From a virus (lineage: Duplodnaviria; Caudoviricetes), in the IMG/VR virus record IMGVR_UViG_3300020042_007044, positions 1-38,726 of that record: a DNA stretch of 38,726 bases; one strand, 5' to 3'. Numbering within the stretch: the stretch's first letter is position 1; every line of letters begins with the position of its first letter. The translations under genes and the position numbers were made by a program. This document shows positions 34,169-38,726 of this stretch, one piece after another. A model generated the notes under the pieces. The model did no database searches. It was not told where the DNA came from and saw nothing but the letters and a program-made list of their open reading frames with translations.

Positions 34169-34459
34169 CTAACGTGCCAGAGTTTTGACAATGTCGTACA
34201 CGTCATCAAGTCTCTGGCTAATTCCTGATTGACGCTCCTCAAGCCGTATAACCTTATCAGCAAGGCTTGAGCCACCATTCGGACGCAACTCACGGAGAGT
34301 TTCCTCTAGGGGTGCTAGACGCTCATCAAGCATACGCTCAAAAGAACTCTGTTGGTGTCTCTGTATTGGTTTCATTATTACCTTAGCCACAAGAGCAAGA
34401 ACGGCAAGAAGAGCACCACACAGAGTGCCTACAAATTGAGCATATTCCATTAAAGTCAT
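34169..34459 (-). CDS. Single-TM membrane protein (lysis cassette)
   Basis: N-terminal TM helix and 'ELRPNGGSSL.D.V.RLE' motif typical of actinophage lysis-adjacent genes. Confidence 0.75.
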   Translation of the reverse strand: MTLMEYAQFVGTLCGALLAVLALVAKVIMKPIQRHQQSSFERMLDERLAPLEETLRELRPNGGSSLADKVIRLEERQSGISQRLDDVYDIVKTLAR

Positions 34460-34465
34460 GAGTAA

Positions 34466-34487
34466 AGGATACAGAACAAATGTTCTA
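34466..34487 (-). promoter_or_regulatory. LexA-type box next to a -10 element of a probably leaderless lysis promoter
   Basis: AGAAC-AAAT-GTTCT at 34473-34486; TATCCT at 34466-34471, 6 nt before ATG 34459. Confidence 0.55.
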
Positions 34488-34507
34488 AATAAGGACTAGA
34501 AAGTGCC

Positions 34508-34954
34508 TTACGCTAATGTTCCTAAAACAAAAATATCGCCTTTATTTACTAACAAAATAACAATATCGCTTACAGTTGGAATGTAAGAACTGAGATAACG
34601 CACTCCTGTTACAGAAGTTGAAGACCCAGAAATTGCGACAGACAAACGAGTTGAAGAAAAAGTCAATCCTGCCGAAGCGTTATTACTCGCCCCTACTTTA
34701 GTCATAATTAAGTCTGCTCCGTTAATTGAATAAACAAAAGTTGACGCTGAAATGTTGGCTCCAGTGATTGCCATACCTTGACGAATCAAAGAATTGCCAG
34801 CAGTTAAAGTTACAGCCTTAGTGCTAGTTGCTACGTTACCAGTAGCAGTAGTCGTGCTAGTAGCCTCTGTAGTAATAGCGGTCACTTCACCAAAATGCAC
34901 AGCAAATCTTACATTTTGGTCAACAATCTTGGACAAAGAATTATGTAAATCCAT
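34508..34954 (-). CDS. Tail tip-associated protein
   Basis: Coupled to minor tail gene; 'YLSSY.P.V.D.V......D..VLG' C-terminus. Confidence 0.65.
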   Translation of the reverse strand: MDLHNSLSKIVDQNVRFAVHFGEVTAITTEATSTTTATGNVATSTKAVTLTAGNSLIRQGMAITGANISASTFVYSINGADLIMTKVGASNNASAGLTFSSTRLSVAISGSSTSVTGVRYLSSYIPTVSDIVILLVNKGDIFVLGTLA

Positions 34955-36099
34955 TACGCACCTACCACTACTTCTTCACCATCAGCAACAACACGTACTG
35001 TTCTTGCGGTGACAGACATTGAATCTTGAGCAGATAAAGGTAAATCTATCTGGTCAATAATTACAAGACGGTCTACTTTAGCCCCTACTGCCTTGACGTA
35101 AACAACATCATTGACGTCAAGTGTTGGGTCTGGAATACACTCCCAAGAAATAGTTTCTTGCGCACCAATGTACTTATTCAAAAGCGCAGCAGCAGCACGT
35201 ACAGCCTCGGCTTCGGTAGACAACAAACTTGTCTCTACAAATGTTGGCACTTCACCAAATCTTCCATTCCGATAAGTAGGGCTACTGGAATCTTCGTCCC
35301 ACGCTTCTACTCTGATTGGCGTTGTTACTTCCGTTCCTTCAATTGTGTAGACAACTCCGTTGAAAGTTTCCTTAGTTGAAATTGAACGGTCAATAGACGT
35401 GATAGTTGTACCATCACCTTCCACAAATGTACTAACAACAACAGAACCGTCAAGAGAAGGAAACTGTGCCATTTCAACGACACCATTAGCGTTAAAAAAT
35501 AAATCAAAACCGACCAACTCACAGAGTTCCACAGCGTCTTTCCACGGGTCATTATCATTCTCACTCCCTAGCACTACCTGATTGATACTTACGTTAGTTT
35601 CTGGAAACTGTGTTAGTACATCAGGGTAACGGTCTTTAAGTAAATCAGTAATTGCATCTTCTAACGAACCGTTTTCAACCTGATAAGGCTGTAGCCACTT
35701 TGCTCTGCTAATAATTAAAGAACGGTCAGTACCAGACAAGGACAAGGTTACACCCTCATTTGAGTCTTTTATGTTTACTTCAGTAATTACAAATACACCT
35801 AGTGGCACGTACTCATCAGTACCATCATCAAACCTTATACCTCTGTAAAGACGCAGTTCATTACCAAAAGGTGTAATAGTGTCAAAGTCATTATCTGGGA
35901 CTAGGTTGGTACTGGTACGGTTTGTGACAATTTCTATCTCACACTCACGACGGCTTGCCATTGAATCATTGATAGTTACACCACCGCTTTGAATGTTTAC
36001 GGCTTGTAACAACTGGTCTGAACTCCACACTTCAGCCTTGACAATAACGGTGTGACTTTGTTTTACGTAGGTCTTGAAGTTTCCACTAGACGCATACAT
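34954..36099 (-). CDS. Minor tail / baseplate hub protein (DUF5047-like)
   Basis: 'PFGNEL.LYRGI...E.VPLG.F', 'DRS', 'GRFG.VP' motifs; position after tape measure. Confidence 0.75.
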   Translation of the reverse strand: MYASSGNFKTYVKQSHTVIVKAEVWSSDQLLQAVNIQSGGVTINDSMASRRECEIEIVTNRTSTNLVPDNDFDTITPFGNELRLYRGIRFDDGTDEYVPLGVFVITEVNIKDSNEGVTLSLSGTDRSLIISRAKWLQPYQVENGSLEDAITDLLKDRYPDVLTQFPETNVSINQVVLGSENDNDPWKDAVELCELVGFDLFFNANGVVEMAQFPSLDGSVVVSTFVEGDGTTITSIDRSISTKETFNGVVYTIEGTEVTTPIRVEAWDEDSSSPTYRNGRFGEVPTFVETSLLSTEAEAVRAAAALLNKYIGAQETISWECIPDPTLDVNDVVYVKAVGAKVDRLVIIDQIDLPLSAQDSMSVTARTVRVVADGEEVVVGA

Positions 36100-37613
36100 T
36101 ACTCATCAACCTCAACATAAGCGGCTTCTATGTTTCTGTGGATAGAACCACTTACAGTCTCAGCAGTAAAAGTTCGGTCAGTGATACGAACGTATTTCTG
36201 ATTTCCTAGTGGGTCTTGGACAAGCAAAGTTCCTTGATGAGTCAAAACAGGATAGAAGTCGTCCCATTCTGTTTCAGTTATTGTCTTAATGTTATAGATA
36301 CCGTCTTCACCCTGTAATGGACCAGCAACAACGATTGGACGTGTTGCGCCAAGTGGACGGAAGACAATGTTAGGTTCTTCAATAGCGACGTCAAGGTCAG
36401 CAAGCACTCTTACGCTTCCTAAATTGTAATCTGGCTCTTCAATTACTTTGAACCACCATGTTTCATCATTGGTCACCAACACCTGCTGAACTGTTCCGTA
36501 TGCAGAAGGGAACTCTTCAGAACTTGCGTCAACACCAACTGACCTACAACGATAATAAGCAACTGCACCTCTGGGTGCTTCATAATCAACAGCCGTTCCT
36601 ACAAAACTAGCATTGGGTACAATTTGTCCACCGTCACGAATCTCTGAATAACTTATGCCGCCATCAAGAGAGCGTTCAACCTCGTAATACTGACTTGAGA
36701 AACCACTCGGTGAAGTACCAGTCAAAGTGAAACTTGCTTTTCCTAAAATGCTATTCCAAGCAACGACCATTGTTGGAATTGACGGTGGTGTAAAACTTAG
36801 AACGAATGAACTGAAAGCGTAATCTGACCAGAAAGGCTGACCGTTAACGCCCTTAGCGGTTCTTACATAACAACGGTAAGTACCAGCATTGAGTAAAGTG
36901 CCAATTACAGCAGCATCATCTGTACTGCCAACCTCGCCAGAATCATAGGTAGCAGTTGAAGTTAAAGCACTAAAACCAACAGCACCATATTGAGCAGCAC
37001 TAAAAACTTTGATTTGATAGTAAGCCTGTGTTTCACCGTCAGTGTCGCTAAACGCCCATTGAACATCAGGCGCAGCAGACGTAGTTATTGTACCTGTTGG
37101 ATTAGAAACAGTTACGGTTGGTTGCGCGGCAACATCTATGTCAATGAACAATTCAACAATACTCGCACAAACAGTTGAGTCGTTGTACTCAGTCACTTTA
37201 GCCCTTAGTCCATTGATAGAGGCTTGACTCCAATCACTACCATCTGGAGAGGCTGTCTGATACGCGCCTACAAAAGTAGTAATTGAGTTTGTGCCACGGA
37301 TAGCAAGAGCAGAGTGAAAGTAATTTTGATTGTCAACACGTGAACCAAGATAGAGATTGACCTTTCCAGCGTCGGTAGTTGTAATTACACGACCACGAAT
37401 ACGAACTCTTTTAACACGCTGTGAGGCACTTATAGTGGTTGTACCAAAGTCAAAAACGATTGACGCTTGACCAACAACGCTTGACGACTTCTTGATAAAT
37501 GTGCTGTCACTGTTGTCGTTTACAGCAGCGTGAGTTGTTGCAGAACCACCATTGATGGTAAAAGAGGCAGCACCAGAAGCGGTTGCGTTAGGTCGTACAG
37601 TTGTTACAGCCAT
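36099..37613 (-). CDS. Minor tail protein (distal tail-like with Ig/FN3-like repeats)
   Basis: Beta-rich 504 aa; 'DYEAP.G...YY' motif; directly after tape measure. Confidence 0.7.
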   Translation of the reverse strand: MAVTTVRPNATASGAASFTINGGSATTHAAVNDNSDSTFIKKSSSVVGQASIVFDFGTTTISASQRVKRVRIRGRVITTTDAGKVNLYLGSRVDNQNYFHSALAIRGTNSITTFVGAYQTASPDGSDWSQASINGLRAKVTEYNDSTVCASIVELFIDIDVAAQPTVTVSNPTGTITTSAAPDVQWAFSDTDGETQAYYQIKVFSAAQYGAVGFSALTSTATYDSGEVGSTDDAAVIGTLLNAGTYRCYVRTAKGVNGQPFWSDYAFSSFVLSFTPPSIPTMVVAWNSILGKASFTLTGTSPSGFSSQYYEVERSLDGGISYSEIRDGGQIVPNASFVGTAVDYEAPRGAVAYYRCRSVGVDASSEEFPSAYGTVQQVLVTNDETWWFKVIEEPDYNLGSVRVLADLDVAIEEPNIVFRPLGATRPIVVAGPLQGEDGIYNIKTITETEWDDFYPVLTHQGTLLVQDPLGNQKYVRITDRTFTAETVSGSIHRNIEAAYVEVDE

Positions 37614-38726
37614 TATGGTCTTTTACTTCCTGTTGCTTTACCAATTGCATTTGACACTGATTTAGCAGCAAATGTTGGCGACACACTTTTTGTTGTATTT
37701 ATTGTGACGTTGGCGGTTGTTGAGCCACCACCAAATGGTCTGCTTGACATAGGTACAGTATTGCTACCAGTTTTTGACGCTTGATTTGCAGCAGGTAAAT
37801 AACGTGAAATTGGAATGGCAGCACTTACGGCAGGTTTTACAAATGATGTTGAACCAGTCTTTGGGAATGGAGAAGAAGAAAAACCACCAACTAATTTACT
37901 GCCACTCGCTGCTGTACCACCACCTTTAGGTAATGCGCCAGCAGGTTTTGTTGCTGTGGCAATAATCTTAGGAGTTGGAATTATTTTTGGGTCTGGCTTT
38001 TTTGGGTCTGGCTTTTTTTCGGTTACTTCTACAACTTCATTATCTGAAACACTTCCACCACTTACATCTACACCGATAGAAGCAGAAGCAGCAGCCATAG
38101 CAGCCGCAATAGCCGCAGCGATACTTTCTGCCAAATCAACAAGGTCTTTTTTCTTCTTTAACAATGTATCGTATGCACCCTGCATTAAATCAGTGGCTAT
38201 TGAAGTTCCAAGAGTTCTAAGAGAAGCAAGTGCTGTTGTAACTGAATCAGTAACACCTTGCGCTCCACTAGCAACGAGAAGTCTGTTGGCTTCCCCGAAT
38301 CCTGCGATTAAACCATCGATCAATGCCTGTGCGGATGTAAGTCCAGTGTTACCAAGAACTCCCATAATGATCTTGATACTCTCGGTAATTGCTGTGATTT
38401 GAGCATTGATATTGGCTACTTCTGCTGCTGCGCCCTTTACGAACGCTTGCGCCATAGCGACGGAGTTTCCATAGAATACATCGCTCATATCTTTTCCAAA
38501 CTTTTCCGCTTGGGTATTGATTTGAGTGTAGAGAGAATTGATCTGCGCTATTTGACCTGCGCTTGCGGTTGTTAAAAGAGCAGCAGTCTCACTTGCTGCA
38601 TCGGGACCTGCTTCGAGTAGTTGTTGGATATACTCGCGACTTAATCCTGCTGCCAAGAGTTTTTCAATGTTTTTGCCAAAGTCAACAACCGTCTTGAGTC
38701 TTGCGGTTAATTGATTAGTTATAGCG
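37613..38726 (-). CDS. Tape measure protein, C-terminal part (5'-truncated by window edge)
   Basis: Frame stays open to the window end (AITNQLTARLKTVVDFGKNIEKLLAAGLS...); Ala-rich helical; precedes minor tail genes. Confidence 0.8.
   Translation of the reverse strand, partial: AITNQLTARLKTVVDFGKNIEKLLAAGLSREYIQQLLEAGPDAASETAALLTTASAGQIAQINSLYTQINTQAEKFGKDMSDVFYGNSVAMAQAFVKGAAAEVANINAQITAITESIKIIMGVLGNTGLTSAQALIDGLIAGFGEANRLLVASGAQGVTDSVTTALASLRTLGTSIATDLMQGAYDTLLKKKKDLVDLAESIAAAIAAAMAAASASIGVDVSGGSVSDNEVVEVTEKKPDPKKPDPKIIPTPKIIATATKPAGALPKGGGTAASGSKLVGGFSSSPFPKTGSTSFVKPAVSAAIPISRYLPAANQASKTGSNTVPMSSRPFGGGSTTANVTINTTKSVSPTFAAKSVSNAIGKATGSKRP

Noticed and set aside
37984-38015. 15-bp tandem repeat
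   Set aside because: Encodes KKPDP twice in a low-complexity linker of the tape measure protein
274-38402. All plus-strand ORFs in the track (e.g. 3194..3637, 4160..4555, 37815..38402)
   Set aside because: Antisense shadows of well-supported minus-strand genes, with no recognisable motifs
1-38726. tRNA, CRISPR array, integrase, reverse transcriptase/DGR, intron or intein
   Set aside because: No cloverleaf, repeat-spacer pattern, recombinase or RT motif, or interrupted core gene seen by eye; tRNAscan and HMM searches would be needed to exclude them formally

Overview
This is a 38.7-kb piece of a tailed (siphovirus-like) phage genome. WhiB, an actinobacterial-type SSB and low GC suggest a low-GC actinobacterial host, probably freshwater (inference). 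Essentially all real genes lie on the minus strand. In transcription order (high to low coordinates) the window holds: tape-measure C-terminus and minor tail proteins; a lysis cassette (holin-like proteins, an HslV/proteasome-like Ntn protease, a CHAP endolysin); recombination/replication genes (Gam-like, SSAP, initiator, helicase loader, HNH, RusA); an enzyme cluster of about 8 kb (UDP-glucose dehydrogenase, GP88-like Fe-S protein, HTH-amidoligase, class II GATase, three ParB domains, a TAGT-like glycosyltransferase, an MgsA C-terminal domain); terminase; about 8 kb of accessory genes that separate terminase from portal; and the head module. I saw no integrase, tRNA or CRISPR array. Main leads: (1) a candidate uronate-based DNA-glycosylation system with no TET/JBP or methyltransferase in the window; (2) a window-wide TAAC-N4-GTTA operator regulon at promoters; (3) an XkdF-type prohead protease apparently split over two genes and embedded in a Lys-delimited polyprotein; (4) a LexA-type box on the lysis promoter; (5) a structured non-coding leader ending in a pseudoknot; (6) no GATC in the first ~38.3 kb but three in the last ~410 bp. 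All family calls come from motif recognition by eye, not database searches.
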